A stretch of DNA of 64,000 nucleotides from Eledone cirrhosa (GCA_964016885.1 OZ024746.1:33728001-33792000); one strand, 5' to 3'; shown: positions 35,321 to 50,109, counted from the stretch's first letter. Notes: generated by a model not told the origin, from the letters alone. Translations and numbers: made by a program.

Positions 35321-38300
35321 ATGACCTCACTCAGAATAGGCAGCATAAATGCGCGTGGCTTGGGGTCGTCATGGAAGCAGGGTCACCTGCTCAACGACCT
35401 CAGGTCACTAAACATAGATGTAGTGGCCATCAGCGAGACCAGAATCTCCGAAGCACGGGCCTTCGCACCGATCTTCGGCGGCTACGATGTGTACGCATCT
35501 CCCAGCCGTCCTGGATCCGGTGGAGGAGTTGCTGTACTTTTTCGGAGAGGTTTGGATCTCGCCATACGGGCCATCTTCCTGGACCCAGAGGGTAAGCTGG
35601 TGGTGCTGGACGTGACCAGCGGAGACGGGCAAGCTTTCAGGCTAGTGGCCGTCTATGCCCCGACAGGAGCAGGGCGGCCTGATTTCTTCCGGCGTCTGGA
35701 GACCTTTCTTGGAACGTCCCGCTCTTTAGTGTTAGTGGGCGACTGGAACGGGATCTTAGATGCACGCTGGGACTGTGTGGGATTAGCGGATAGGGGTGGA
35801 GGGTGCAAGAGCCTCACCAACCTGCTCAGGCGTTTTGAACTGTCTGACAGGTACCGATTGGATTTCCCGAATGTGCCAATGTGGACTTGGACAAACCGCA
35901 TAGGGTCATCCAGATCATATCTAGATAGAGTATTTTGTAGGGAAATAGATAGGTCTAGCATAGGCTGTCCACAATTCAAGATAGTCAGCTACACGGACCA
36001 CAAATTCGTGACCTGTGTGCTTGACTTAGATAGGCTTCATAGACGAGGACCCGGCTACTGGAAGCTAAACGCGTCCTTACCAGCGCGCAAGGCCTACAGA
36101 GACCGGATTAGCGAACTAGTTAAGCGGGCGTTGACGGGGGCCATCGTCAACAACAAGTGGTGGTTTGCTCTGAAAAGAGCGATTAGAATAGAATCGATTA
36201 GGTTTAGTAAGGCTTTAGCAATAGAGAAAAATAGAGCAGAGGGAGAACTAGTTAGAAAATTAGACGAGGCGCTTAGCAAAGGCATTGCGACCGACGTGCT
36301 TGCGGCGAAATTGGCCCTTGACCAATTCTTCAATGCAAAGCACGAAGGCTGCGTTGTCAGAGCTAGGGTGCGTGCTCTCAGACACGAGGGGACGAAAGCC
36401 GTTCAATGGGCCCGAGTGGCGGAGGCGCGTCGTGGCAACAAAGCCACGATCCGGTCTTTGGTGGACCACGACGGGCGCATGCTACTCGATCCCGGGCAAA
36501 TGTGTGAAGCTTTTCAGCGACACTTCGCTCAGCTGTTCGGGGGCAGCGGGGGGCCGGGTAGAGGGATGGACTTTAGTGTCTACCTCGACGGACTGCCGCG
36601 GCTCTCGGCCACTGAGGCGAAGTGTTGCGAAAAGCCGATAACAGCCGCTGAAGTACGGGAGGCAATGACTGTCTGCACAAGGGGTAAATCGCCTGGTTTG
36701 GATGGTCTGCCCTATGAACTTTACGTACAGATGCCAGACTTGTTCGGAGGCCTCTTGGCGGACGTCTACTGCAACTGGCAACAGAACGGGAGAATTCCCA
36801 GTTCTGTGAGCCGAGGAGCGGTGGCACTGCTGAGAAAGGATCCGAACAAGGGGGATAACATAGACAATTTCCGGCCCATAACTCTGCTAAACACAGAGTT
36901 TAAGATTTTGGCCAAGGTGCTAGCAAAGAGGTTGGCGCTTGTCGTTGGTGGTCTGGTGGGAGAGGCGCAGACATGCGCCATTCCCGACAGATCCATCCAC
37001 GACAACCTCCACCTCATGCGATACATCGTAGAGAGGGTAGCTAGGGAACCTGGCACGGGTGGGTCCTTGATCAATTTAGATCAGTCGAAAGCTTTCGATA
37101 GGGTCGACCATCGTTACCTAGCGGCAGTCCTGAGGGCGGCTGGCTTTGGGCCCGTCTTCAGAGGCTGGATCGCTGCCATGCACAGCGACATCTGCTCTGT
37201 GGTGAGAGTGAACGGTCACCTGTCGGAACCGTTCAACATCATGCGCTCGGTCCGCCAAGGATGTCCCCTCTCGTCCCTCTTGTACGTATTGACTCTCGAG
37301 CCATTACTGCACAAACTGGAGACGTTGAGGGGAGTCCCGCGCGAACTAGGATGCGGAAGATCCGTGTCAGCATATGCGGACGATGTCACCGTAGTGGTGT
37401 CGAACGCCAAACACATCGAGGCGATCGGCACTACACTAAGAGAATACGAAGCGGTGACAGGAGCAATGATCAACCAGGAAAAGTCAGTGGGCCTGCAGCT
37501 CGGCACCTGGAGAGGCAGGTCCATGCCGTCCAACAGCGTCGTCGGGCGCTGGACGGACGGACCGGTTAAATTGCTAGGGGTCTGGTTCGGTCCGGACCTC
37601 CAGACGGACAAAAACTGGGACGAGGTGACGAGCAGGGTGGCTTCTCTCACCCAGAAATGGGCGGAGAGGAAGCTATCCCTGAAAGGTCGAGCGGAGGTGG
37701 CTAACGCGTACATCGCGTCTGTCATCTGCTACCGCCTAACCGTCGTACCTTGTCCTAAGCCTCGCCTGACTGCGCTGGAGCGTTTGCTCTTTCGCTTTTT
37801 GTGGAAGGGACGCGCTCCGATGGTCAGGCGGTCCATCTGTTGTCAACACCCGCTACGTGGAGGGCTGGGCATGCCGTGGCTGATGATGCGCAGGCACGCG
37901 CTCAGGCTACGACATCTCCACCTCTTCCTCGACGGTGATCAGGTGTGGTCGCCGTTTGCTAGACGCGTTTTTCCCCAGCTCGTTTCCTTGACGGAGCTGC
38001 AGTCCTGGGTCAAGCGAAGACCGAGAGGGAGCGCCTGGAGACTGGAATGTCTTCAGGCGCTCACAGCCCTCGACCAATCGGGCAATGTGATCGGTGGAAA
38101 CTCCACCTCGGCGTTCTATAGAGGATTAGTGGAGGGGAAGAGCGACGACGTACTTGGGGAAACTCTAGGCGTCGACGAAAATCAACTAGCCAATCTCTTC
38201 GGAAGAACTTTCGGGCCAGGGCCTATGGACAACTTCCAGAAATCTCTGGCCTGGCAGTGCTACCGAGGAGCCTTGCCAGTTCGGGATAAACTCTACAGGC

Positions 38301-38740
38301 ATGGAGGTGCCGTCAGCCGGGCATGTCCGAGATGCGCGCAGGGCGACGAAACCGTCCTGCACGCACTCGTCCAGTGTCCGAAAATTGCTGACTTGTGGGT
38401 TTATGTCGAACACCTGCTGTCGCGTTTAGGACGGATCCAGCTATCATCTGAGTCTATCGTGAGGATTGCCCCGCCCTCCTCCTTTAGCCGGGAAGGGCAG
38501 GCAGTTTTTATCTGTCTGGTGGCCATGGCGAAAGAGATAGTATGGTGGACACGTTTGAAAGGGCTGAAGACGAGCACTTACCTCTTCGGTGATGCTCTGA
38601 TTGACTTTTTCAAATTTCATTTGAAAAGGAAAATCAGAGTAGAGAAGGAAGTGCTCTCTTCCCAGCATTTTGTTGAAAGATGGGTGAGAGAAGCAAGAAT
38701 GGCCCGAGTGAATGGGCCGACTCTGAGTATATATCTGTAA
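35321..38740 (+). CDS. LINE ORF2: APE endonuclease - reverse transcriptase - C-terminal zinc finger (1139 aa)
   Basis: SINARGL, SET, GDWN, YLDRVF, TDH (APE); KSPGLDG, DQSKAFDRVDH, QGCPLS, YADD (RT); CPRC..ETVLHALVQC; uninterrupted. Confidence 0.96.
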   Translation: MTSLRIGSINARGLGSSWKQGHLLNDLRSLNIDVVAISETRISEARAFAPIFGGYDVYASPSRPGSGGGVAVLFRRGLDLAIRAIFLDPEGKLVVLDVTSGDGQAFRLVAVYAPTGAGRPDFFRRLETFLGTSRSLVLVGDWNGILDARWDCVGLADRGGGCKSLTNLLRRFELSDRYRLDFPNVPMWTWTNRIGSSRSYLDRVFCREIDRSSIGCPQFKIVSYTDHKFVTCVLDLDRLHRRGPGYWKLNASLPARKAYRDRISELVKRALTGAIVNNKWWFALKRAIRIESIRFSKALAIEKNRAEGELVRKLDEALSKGIATDVLAAKLALDQFFNAKHEGCVVRARVRALRHEGTKAVQWARVAEARRGNKATIRSLVDHDGRMLLDPGQMCEAFQRHFAQLFGGSGGPGRGMDFSVYLDGLPRLSATEAKCCEKPITAAEVREAMTVCTRGKSPGLDGLPYELYVQMPDLFGGLLADVYCNWQQNGRIPSSVSRGAVALLRKDPNKGDNIDNFRPITLLNTEFKILAKVLAKRLALVVGGLVGEAQTCAIPDRSIHDNLHLMRYIVERVAREPGTGGSLINLDQSKAFDRVDHRYLAAVLRAAGFGPVFRGWIAAMHSDICSVVRVNGHLSEPFNIMRSVRQGCPLSSLLYVLTLEPLLHKLETLRGVPRELGCGRSVSAYADDVTVVVSNAKHIEAIGTTLREYEAVTGAMINQEKSVGLQLGTWRGRSMPSNSVVGRWTDGPVKLLGVWFGPDLQTDKNWDEVTSRVASLTQKWAERKLSLKGRAEVANAYIASVICYRLTVVPCPKPRLTALERLLFRFLWKGRAPMVRRSICCQHPLRGGLGMPWLMMRRHALRLRHLHLFLDGDQVWSPFARRVFPQLVSLTELQSWVKRRPRGSAWRLECLQALTALDQSGNVIGGNSTSAFYRGLVEGKSDDVLGETLGVDENQLANLFGRTFGPGPMDNFQKSLAWQCYRGALPVRDKLYRHGGAVSRACPRCAQGDETVLHALVQCPKIADLWVYVEHLLSRLGRIQLSSESIVRIAPPSSFSREGQAVFICLVAMAKEIVWWTRLKGLKTSTYLFGDALIDFFKFHLKRKIRVEKEVLSSQHFVERWVREARMARVNGPTLSIYL

Positions 38741-39001
38741 ACTAAAGGTGGAAAACTGGGAGAGGGCACTTGCCTTGGTGGTCAGGGTCATTGTGGCTTT
38801 TTACTGGGCTTTCTCCACAAATGTCCCTCCGAAGTCTCCCCCCTATTGGGGAATTTTTCATTGTTATTTTCATTGTTATTTTTGTTACATCCTCTGTTTT
38901 TGTTTTCTTTACACGCAGAAATGCCCATTTGTACCGTCCTGCATTGTCCTGCACTGTCCTTAATGTCTACTTTATGTAAACCCTTGTGGTTAATAAAGAA
39001 A

Positions 39002-39107
<106 letters not shown>

Positions 39108-41149
39108 TAGTGTTATTTGCAACGATAAAGGAATAGTTATCTAGAAGTTATATCGAGAAAAAAACACAAAAACGAAACCTCGATTGGAAAGTAAAACAAA
39201 ATGGACAATTTCAAAGAGAAGGAAAGTAAATACCACTCCATGTTTTTTCCCCCTAACTATATATGTTCTGTTCAATGATATTGCTAACTGATAAACACTA
39301 TCAATTATTGGACGTAAGGTAAATTTAATTCAATTATACAGCTTATCACCAAACAAACAAGAATGCCTATACTAACAGAATTCAATCTGAGCCCACTATC
39401 CACGTAGTTATCCGGTTTTTGAACTGGCTATTTACAATTATGACATCTAATAAACCTACTTCTTCTATATCTTCACTTTTCGTAACTTTGAATTCCAATA
39501 TCGAGTATAGAATACTACAAGATTTATTGCGATTTAGCTACGTATTCCGTAATATTGGTCCATCTGATTACCTACCGCATTGTGATTGCACGTGTGCCAG
39601 TGTAAACAGTCTCATTTAGAAATTGATGAATCCGCTTTTATTGCATACAAAATATTTCTACCTCGCGCATCAATACTTATTTTGGTGCCTCTACATCAAA
39701 TGTACGCTACACGTGACAGGCCCTAAATGATTGTATCCATTTTTCTTTTATTATTGCAAACAATTGGTGTATAGATAGAAAGGTTATTTCAGTATATACA
39801 CGGAATGTGATATCTCATCCTTACATTATTGAATATAATCAGTTCAAAAGTTAACGTTATTTATCTATTGTCGTGTTTTGTGTATTGTAAACGAGAATAT
39901 ATTTAACATCTTGCAGACTGATTTGCCAGATAACTACTTCCACATTTTCGTTCGTAAGGATTCAACATATATAAAATATAATCAACATAGCATATCTACC
40001 GTATGCCACAGAGATCACCTTATGATAAAGCGTTTCAAAATCCGAATAGGGCGTCGATTATTTCACTTTTATAAAAACAAAACAACTTCTAAAGTCAGCC
40101 AATATAAAATACTATTGACAGAAAATTATTGATTTCGTTTGGAATGAATTTCGATTTTTGAAAATTTATTATGCATCAGCTAGTAGTTAATAGTATGTTA
40201 TATATTAATGCAGTATAATATGTGCACACATTAGATGTATGCATTCAAATAAATGCAGTGAATTGCCTCTCAGATATTGATAATTTATGAGATGAATTGG
40301 GATGAATAAATGATATAGTGAAATTTATGCACGGAATTATGCGTGTTAAATCGTTTGTAGTTATTTATGTAGAAATATGTTTTATGTGAAATTCCCACAC
40401 ATTGAATTAGGAATTGTAGCAGTTTCGTTTTAAAGTTTCTACATTAAATTGTGTAAGATAGAGTATGATATGAATTGTTTCAGTTGAAATTTTGGGATGC
40501 GCATTCATTAAAATTAACTATAACAGGATATTTATTTGCTGTCAATATATGGTGATAATTATGTTGAAAATAATTATCATGTTGTTTGTTTTCGTTCAAA
40601 TGTGTGTAGCAAATGTTGTAGAGGTAGATCTGTGGAGTTGGTCGTATACGATAAAATTACTTCGTTACGATTTCTAAAGAAATAAAACTATCTACTGGAC
40701 AGGACCAAAAGGAAGTATAAACTGCACACGAAGTTAATCGAAATTTCTATTCTTTTTTTTCTCAGAAACGCGTACAACAGGTTTAAGCAAATAGTCCTTT
40801 TAATATAAATATTTTGGTAATTTTACAGGAATCTTCATCGTGTTGCTGCAAAAAATAGATATAGTGCAACTGCCATTGTGTGTGTGTGTGTGTGTATGCG
40901 TTGATATGTGTGTATATATGTGCGTGTGTATGTATGTAATATATATGGACTGTAAATATATTTACATATAGCGAAGTGAATATGTGAGCTAGCATGTCCC
41001 CCCTCACACACTCTCCCAAACCAATATCAACGACACATCTTTGACAAATGTTCCCAAACTATCCTTCTTTTCTCTTTTCCCTCTCATCCCATTCTTATCA
41101 AAAGACATGTATCTTACACCTCATTAAAACCCAGACAAGCACCTAAATT

Positions 41150-41287
41150 CATCTAAAGATGCATGTGTGTGTATGTATGTTCTTTCTTGAACATGGCGGA
41201 CCTTGTTGTCTCTTGAGGTCACTGGTTGTGACTTGGTGATAACTCGTATGAACATAAAGTAAGATAAATGCAAATATAATAATAATA
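41150..41287 (+). mobile_element. Very short 5'-truncated copy of the family B 3' UTR with TAA tail
   Basis: Reverse complement of ~23835-23955. Confidence 0.85.
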
Positions 41288-41404
41288 CTAGCAATAAAAT
41301 TAAAACAATTAGACATTTCTCATCAGGGGAGAGTAGCTACCAGATTCGAATCAGGTGCCCCACCAATCCTGAACCACCCGACGCCTTGAGAAGACCCTGG
41401 AAGG

Positions 41405-41900
41405 GCACACTTCTCCTCTTCAAATTAACCAGCCCACAGGCACATGCTTAGAGTAGGCCCATTCACATGAGCCATTCTCAAAACGTTCACTTTTATTTTA
41501 ATAAATGCACTGAAGGCAACACCTATGTCTTCACCCTCACCTTCCTTTCTAAGTAAAACTTGAAAAAGTTGGTGTGGGATTGGCTGAAGAGAAAAGTGCC
41601 TCCCTTCAGTCCTTTGAACCTGGTCGACCATACAACTTCGTTTGCTACTGCCACCAGACAGAGGAAAATTGCCTGCCCTACCCGGCCAAAATAAATCGAC
41701 GGGTCAGACATCGCTTTGGATTCCACCGATAGCCGCATCTGTTCTACACGCGCCGACAGTTCATTGACATAATTCCACGAGTCATTAATTCACGGACACT
41801 GGGCGAGTGCGTGCAGAACGGTTTCAGCTCTCTGCGCGCATCCCGAGCAGGTCCATCTGACAGCACCTGCGTGGAGTTTATCACGAACCGGTGGCACTGC
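41405..41900 (-). pseudogene. Degenerate Tx1-like ORF2 3' fragment
   Basis: PVRDKLH..C..CAQRAETVLHALAQCP; GQAIFLCLVAVANEVVWSTRFKGLK; MAHVNGPTLSMCL. Confidence 0.85.
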
Positions 41901-42879
41901 GAAGTGAGGGAGTTTTTTAAGGTATCCTCGGCTCAAAGGTCCCCCTAATATATAAAACTGTAATTTATCTATCACTTTTCTTCTTGTAAGTAGAAAAAAT
42001 ATGAACATAGTAGACAAAACAAATCAATGCCTGTCGGATTCGATCATACTGCATAATTTATTTATTGCAATATGCATTTATTTGATATGTTGTTGATTCC
42101 TGTCGACAGAGATATTTTATTATATGAACTAGCCAACTTTCTTAACTAATTCAATCATTTCGTATCGCTAAATATTATGACTGACATACCTTATTGAAAG
42201 GGAATCTTTCAAGAATTGACCATGAAGTAAAAGGAAAGAAAGTGTTATACTTTCGTTAAAATTGCAATATGTGAAGTGTCAGTGATTTCAATGCACCGCC
42301 TGTGTTTGCCAGCAGAAATTGATATACTATCTATGTATTTCAATTCATTGACAAAGCTTTCATCACGGAGACAATATTGAACTCCAATTCTACAAAGTTT
42401 AGTGTCTAGTGCTTCGGCTTATTTTGTTGTGGATGGAGATGTTTGTTATATAACAACATTTCTGTTTATAATTTTCAGATGCATTTTATAGTGGTGGAAA
42501 GAAACTGGAAAGATACTTGCAAAACTTATATACCGGTTATTACAAGCCCTAATGTAGTTGCTTAAATATTTCTAGTAATCTTCGTATCTTCAGAAATTCT
42601 TGATTGTATATTGGAGCTCATCCAATATAATTTCATACATGTGATGCGATTATATTCAATTCCTGATTATCACTGAAATCCTGCCCTGCTAATTGGTATT
42701 TTATCATGTGCATATGCATGCATGACCTCCTAACGTCTGAGCTAGTCGTAGGGGTGCAGTATTGTTACGGTATTTTACAGCGCATTGTTAAACCTGGAAG
42801 AGCCGATCTCTTTTCCAGATCTGAAAATTCAGATTTCTTGCAGAGAAGGATAGCGTGTGGGAGAATGGGAGTAATGAAG

Positions 42880-43050
42880 AAATATAGTGGAGAAATCGAT
42901 TCTAGTACTAGAGTGGTACTATATTTATTGATATGCAATGGATGAAAAGCAAAGTTGACCTTGGCGTGATTTGAACTCAGAGAGCAGAGAACGGAAACGA
43001 ATACAGAAAAACATTCTATTCGACGTTCTAACGGCTCTATCAATTCGTCA
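42880..43050 (-). mobile_element. Older SINE related to S1
   Basis: - strand ctgagttcaaatcacgccaaggtcaactttgcttttcatcc...aataaatatagtacca. Confidence 0.7.
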
Positions 43051-43949
43051 TCTCCTGTGTATATATACATGTTCATAAGGTTAAATTAATGTTTAGCCAC
43101 TTTTCATAATTGCTGGCGAAGTAATATAAATATTGTCGAACAACAAGGCTGGAGGTATTTATTTTTTATTTTGCCTTTAGCATTTTTCATTAAATTAAAA
43201 ACATGGCATCTATTTGACGATGAGTGCATCGTTTAGAGAAACAATTGTATATGCAAACATACACGCACATGTGCGTGTGTGTAAATATATGTGTGTACGG
43301 GAGTGCACGCATGCGTGTATAAGTGTCTGTGCATGTTTGTGTGTAGCGTAGTTGTCAATATGAATGACTTTATATGCTCCAGTAGAGCTAATATTCATTT
43401 GTAACTCGGACATATAATATGTTGAATTTTGGTTCCGTTAACCAATGGAGCTTACATAATGTACCAGATCTGACCGCTTGGATACGTATGAATGTATAAA
43501 TATGTACGATTGAAAGCATCCCTAGATCTCGAAAGATCATACTTTTAGGGTGCATACATGCGATGTGTGGGATAACAGAACATTTTACTGATATTCAATA
43601 ATATATAATATTATTCTGTCTATAAGGTTTCCTGAAATACCAAAATAGACTCACCCACACTAACAGAAATAGAGGAAATAGATGCGTTTTCATAAATATA
43701 AATCTGAAACATGAAGATTGTTTTGTTCCGAATATAATATATATATATATATATAAGAAACGATCTGGAAATTTAGTTGGAATTATTGTATTCGAAGACG
43801 TGTTTTCATATAATTGCTATTACATAGGATTCACTGAACAAGAGAAACATCATAATACATGATACATACATCCAGTAATCACACTAACATTCGCAAAATA
43901 GTATAAATAATATTAATATTGGCTTCTTGATTATGAATAAAAAAAGATG

Positions 43950-44023
<74 letters not shown>

Positions 44024-44301
44024 ACATATAAATCAGAAAAAATAAATAAAAAAATTATCCAATTTATTTCTGTCATGATATAGCTATACCTATATAAAGG
44101 ACGCATAGTAAAATAGAAAATAAGAATGATATATATTACAAATAATAATACGCATATACAGAAACTCATATGAAAAATAAAAACCCGCATGCAATATATA
44201 ACACATGGCATTGTTATGGGTGTACTAGCTGTCTTTTGTTCCTCTTGGAAAACTAGATGGTAACGTCTGCATATATGTGTATATATGAATCTATCCATAT
44301 A

Positions 44302-44464
<163 letters not shown>

Positions 44465-44511
44465 ATGTGTGTGAGTGTATGTTTTCATGTATTTGTGCAC
44501 GTTTTGAATGT

Positions 44512-44570
<59 letters not shown>

Positions 44571-44583
44571 ATATATATATTTT

Positions 44584-44650
<67 letters not shown>

Positions 44651-44765
44651 GTGTGTGTGTGTGTATGCGTGTGTGTGTGTGTGTGAGTGTATGTTTTCAT
44701 GTATTTGTGCACGTTTTGAATGTCACATACCGGAGATTCGAAATGTACATATATATATGTATGTA

Positions 44766-44798
<33 letters not shown>

Positions 44799-44824
44799 AT
44801 ATATATATATGTGTGTGTGTATGT

Positions 44825-44873
44825 GTGTCTTCTACATATGCACTTCCATTCATTTTTGAGGGTGAATATTCTT

Positions 44874-44942
<69 letters not shown>

Positions 44943-45000
44943 CACTCAGACACAATAACATATATATATATACACACACACACACATATATATATGTATA

Positions 45001-45035
<35 letters not shown>

Positions 45036-45133
45036 TATTGTCTTTGAGTGTGTGTGCGTGTGTGTGTGTGTGTGTATGCTGAAGCATATTCACCCTAAAA
45101 AATGAATGGAACTGCATATCTAGAAGACACACA
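44825..45133. repeat. ~55-60 bp imperfect inverted repeats enclosing a (CA)n/(TA)n/(TG)n core
   Basis: gtgtcttctacatatgcacttccattcattttt.agggtgaatat vs atattcaccct.aaaaatgaatggaactgcatatctagaagacac. Confidence 0.7.
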
Positions 45134-45549
45134 TAAACAGGTAGAGTGACATACAGACACACAGTGTCATTCATAATGATAGGTATATAAATTGATACAT
45201 GTCACGTATTTGAAAAAAAAAATCTATATGTTCTAAGCCAGACAGAGTGTGCGTATATAAACGTATGAACCTGTGCATACGTGTATGAGTGTACAGCGTT
45301 TTTAACATATAGAAATGCAACCCTAGATTGAGAAAATATATTTATTGATGCATAATCCTATAGTGAATGGTACTTGTCCATTTACTTTCACGAAGAGATT
45401 AATGTTTCTCATGCGAAAACGGAAAGTGATATGCATGGACATCAACAGCAAAATAAAATAAAACACTGGTAGAGTATTTGGAGACCCACACACACACATG
45501 AAGACTTATCTGCAAATATATACATACACAAACACACAATTTCAATATA

Positions 45550-45605
<56 letters not shown>

Positions 45606-45609
<4 letters not shown>

Positions 45610-45803
45610 AACTAGTATGACCCCCGACGGCTGAGCTCAAGCCGTTTCGACGGCTAATTCTGGACTAGTCCAGAATTAGCCGTCGAAACGGCTTGAGCTC
45701 AGCCGTCGGGGTCTTACTGGTTCCTATTACCCACTTTACTACCCTAAGTATTGAGTACTTTGGTGCGTTATGGTCCACCTGGTTCCTTACCACATTTCCT
45801 TCG

Positions 45804-45806
<3 letters not shown>
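45606..45806. repeat. Family H5 element with a perfect 90 bp palindrome (45622-45711) made of hammerhead 3' halves
   Basis: Centre ggacta|gtcc region at 45666/45667; each arm reads c-GAAA-cggct-tgagctc-agccg-TC-gggg. Confidence 0.88.
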
Positions 45807-45868
<62 letters not shown>

Positions 45869-45899
45869 TAAATATACATATATATATTTATATATATAA

Positions 45900-46000
<101 letters not shown>

Positions 46001-46239
46001 CACAATGTTGCCTCTGATAGAAATGATACATATGTATATATACTTATATATACATAGTTATCCACACATATGTATCTGCAAAAGCCCGCCTTAACGGCAC
46101 ATGACCATGGAGTTCTGTGTACATCGTTTGTATTTTTATTTTTAATACAATAATTTTATAAAGGTTCCCCTTAAATATTTGTTTTTCGTTCTTTGGCTTG
46201 TTATTTATTTTACGTTAATATATATATAATGTGATAAAA

Positions 46240-46430
46240 CTGAACGGTATAAATGGCAGAAGCAATCTCTACTCTGGAATTGAGATCACTTATTTTCATC
46301 TTGGGGAGCCCATACTTATGCATATGTATAGGTATATATGTAATCGTATACATGCATACATCAATGTATGTATATGTATGTATATCTATATCTATATATA
46401 TAGATATACACATATATATATATATATATC

Positions 46431-46462
<32 letters not shown>

Positions 46463-46509
46463 CATATATATGTGTATACACACACACACACAGACACACA
46501 CACACACAG

Positions 46510-46583
<74 letters not shown>

Positions 46584-46730
46584 CTTAATAACTGTATTTT
46601 CCCTTCTCGGGTCTTTGTCCACGTGACCAATTATTTTACTTCATAAGTGTGAGCTCTGAAAGACGGAAATAAGTGTTTTTATTCCACAGTAGAGATTGCT
46701 TATTGCCATTTTTATTGTACACATTTTATA
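46240..46730. repeat. ~85 bp diverged inverted repeats enclosing microsatellites
   Basis: aaatggcagaagcaatctctactctggaat..cacttattt..cttatg vs cataag..aaataagtg..attccacagtagagattgcttattgccattt. Confidence 0.65.
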
Positions 46731-47305
46731 TCATTTTTCTTTAATTTAAAATCGCTTTAACCAATTGTGATTCTATATATTTACTATATTACTGAAATAC
46801 GCGGATAATAATCTATTTTGAACGATGAATATTTCTGTCTCTTTTGTGTGTACGGTTTGAGACGTACCTTCGTTTATATAAAAATAAACGTTTCTTCCCT
46901 TGTCGTGTATTTATCGAGTCGTCGGCATTGTGTAAGCCTTGCCCCCATTTTGTTTCACAATATACTCTGAGTAAATGGACAATTCACTGCCAGCATACCA
47001 GCAACGACGTAATGCGAGCAGTTACGAATGGCTGTTCTACAGAAAATATAATTTATGTTCTGTCATGAATAACCTTTGAATTACAATTTTATTAAATCTA
47101 TTTTCTGATATTTTAATCAAGTTACATAAATACATACACTGTTTTAATAACATATTAATTGCCCAAGGGATAAACAAGGTTTTATTACTTCTGACAATTA
47201 TCCCTTCAAAATATATTATTCTGTACACTGTCAAAGACATTTAAAATCTCATACACGGACGTATATATATATATATACATAATATACATTTAAAATTACT
47301 CACAC

Positions 47306-47381
<76 letters not shown>

Positions 47382-47390
47382 ATATATATA

Positions 47391-47502
<112 letters not shown>

Positions 47503-47947
47503 CATATATGTGTGTGTGCGTGTGTGTGGGTGTGTGCGTGCATGGGTGTGACTACGTATGACCATATGCATGTATAAGTTAATATAAAGGAATCCTAATG
47601 CTGTCTGTATCCATATATACGGAATTTTTTATTGAAGATCCCGACGATTTGATACACATATATCATTTGCATGTTTGTATAGATGTTTCAAATTGTCTTG
47701 TGTGAGTGAATATATTATATATTTATATGTGTATGTTTCTTGCTTCGAGTATAGAAATATGCAAAATATTTCATTCATAATTCAATAAATCAATCCATCT
47801 GCAATTTATGTGACATTTACGAAGGTAACCTCCACTGTAATACGGTTAGATAGATCTAGATATATCTGCACACATTAATATATACAGGCACTCACAAACA
47901 CGCACACACCTATTATCACAAACTCGCTCGTTCACTCACACACACAT

Positions 47948-48000
<53 letters not shown>

Positions 48001-48003
48001 CCC

Positions 48004-48040
<37 letters not shown>

Positions 48041-48386
48041 AGTATATATATATATATATGCTTGTGTGCGCGTATCTCTATATATTTTATTGTTTGTGAA
48101 TATTTGTTGATAAATATATGATTGAAAACACTTGTATGAATTGCGGAGACAAATTTCGAACAATTCCGTTGGCAAACTTTTCAGAGATAATCTATAATTC
48201 ATTGCAGTTCATGTTTACTTATTGTTATATATATTGGTTCACAATTGATATGCTCTAGCTCTAATAACGAAAGATAATGGAAAAAACTTGATCTACGTTT
48301 TGATCCGTTGAGCTCTATTCGTACTGTGAAGTCATTTTCTATCAATGGTGCATATATGCGTTCATACATAGATACACTAATATATA

Positions 48387-48513
<127 letters not shown>

Positions 48514-48890
48514 ATACTTGGGGAGGGTCATATTTGTGTAATATTGCCAGAATTAATAACAGAACACACTCACTGTTTGGTTGGTTTTCGCTTCTCGCTG
48601 TCTTTTATATCTGTAATCTAGCTTACTCGGTCCTCAATGTTGCCATTGACTGACCGACGGTCAAAAATATTACAGATACAATATAGACATAAACACATAT
48701 ATATAGTTTACATAATTTACATAAATCTTTCGTTGCACATCTGCAACATCGTCAGTGGTGTTATATTTTCCTCCTGTTGTGTTGTATGTCTACGCCATTT
48801 TTTATTCAGTCTGTCTATATATTTATTTATTTATTTGCTTGTTTGTTTATTTTATTTTGTCTTCTTTGCGAATGTATGTATATATATATA

Positions 48891-49216
48891 CAGTGAACCC
48901 CCGACATTCGCACTCCCGGTTACTCGCGGATTTTCCTTAGAACCTCACTAATATTTATTCGCGGTAACCACTGCGTATTTTCAGAATCGTAAATATCTTC
49001 CGCGCTTTTTTAATGGCTTTTTTCGTTGCAATATATATTTTTTCACACTTTTCAACGCTAAATTATTAATAAGAATATACCATATTTGCCAGCCTATAAT
49101 TTACGTTATAGTTTGACGCTTATAGGCATGTTTAGGGACCACGTCGAATATTCGCTGTTTTTCACACTTCGATGGTATTCTAGGAACATAAGCCCCGCAA
49201 ATAAGGGGGACAACTC
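48891..49216. mobile_element. Tigger/pogo-like MITE remnant
   Basis: Begins TA-cagtgaacccccgacattcgc and ends cgcaaataagggggacaact (degenerate TIR pair). Confidence 0.55.
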
Positions 49217-50045
49217 TCTCTTTCTATTCGTAGGAAAATGAAAAAATTCTTGATTTTACACTATGTGAATATTTACATGTATATAGACGTTATACATGGA
49301 ACTTATTGTCATACGCGATCTTATTGTACGGTTCCTATATTAGATTTCTCCTATTGTCTCAAGTTTTACAAACCAAATGTTTATATATATATGATAATTT
49401 TTTATATTGTATGACCATTGTCTAATTAAAATTGTTCTCTATATTTTAAATACCTGATTTGGTTTGTGAGTTGGGAAATATTAGCAAAATACATTTCTTA
49501 AATTTGTAAATCCACGTGATGTATAATCATTAAAGCTAATCGTGAATTAAATATGACCTTTCAACTGATTTTTAAATTATGTACATTTTATATCTTCTAA
49601 ATCATTCCTAGCCCGAATAAACACTTCCGAATTCAATGCGCTTATTTAACTTGTTTTGTAAAATGTTCTAAAAGCTGATTACCAAGAGCCTCTACAATCT
49701 GCCTTTTAATTCGTATAAAATAAAACTCCATGCTTATATGGCTTTAAATTTGATTCCCTTTCCACCAAAAGATAATATCATTAGCTGTACATCTGAATAT
49801 AGCGCCTTGCGTAATGTATGTAACATCTTTATCTTTTAGATTTGAAACTTTGCCATGAGAACATGATACGTTTATTTATTCATGGCATTCACTGCAACGT
49901 GTTGTAGAAATCATGACTTGGCTTCAGAGGTAACTAAGTGTTTACGAAACCTTCTGATAATGAAGACGACCCATCAGGAGGGATAAATATAGTCACAATT
50001 CTTATTAAAGGATGATATGTGAGAGTGATTTTTAGTCTGAAGCAC

Positions 50046-50109
<64 letters not shown>

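Noticed and set aside
20520-38791. Medium ORFs antisense to or overlapping the LINE ORFs (e.g. 22053-22502, 31145-31594, 34328-34969, 37216-37725)
   Set aside because: Shadow frames of retrotransposon coding sequence with no independent motifs
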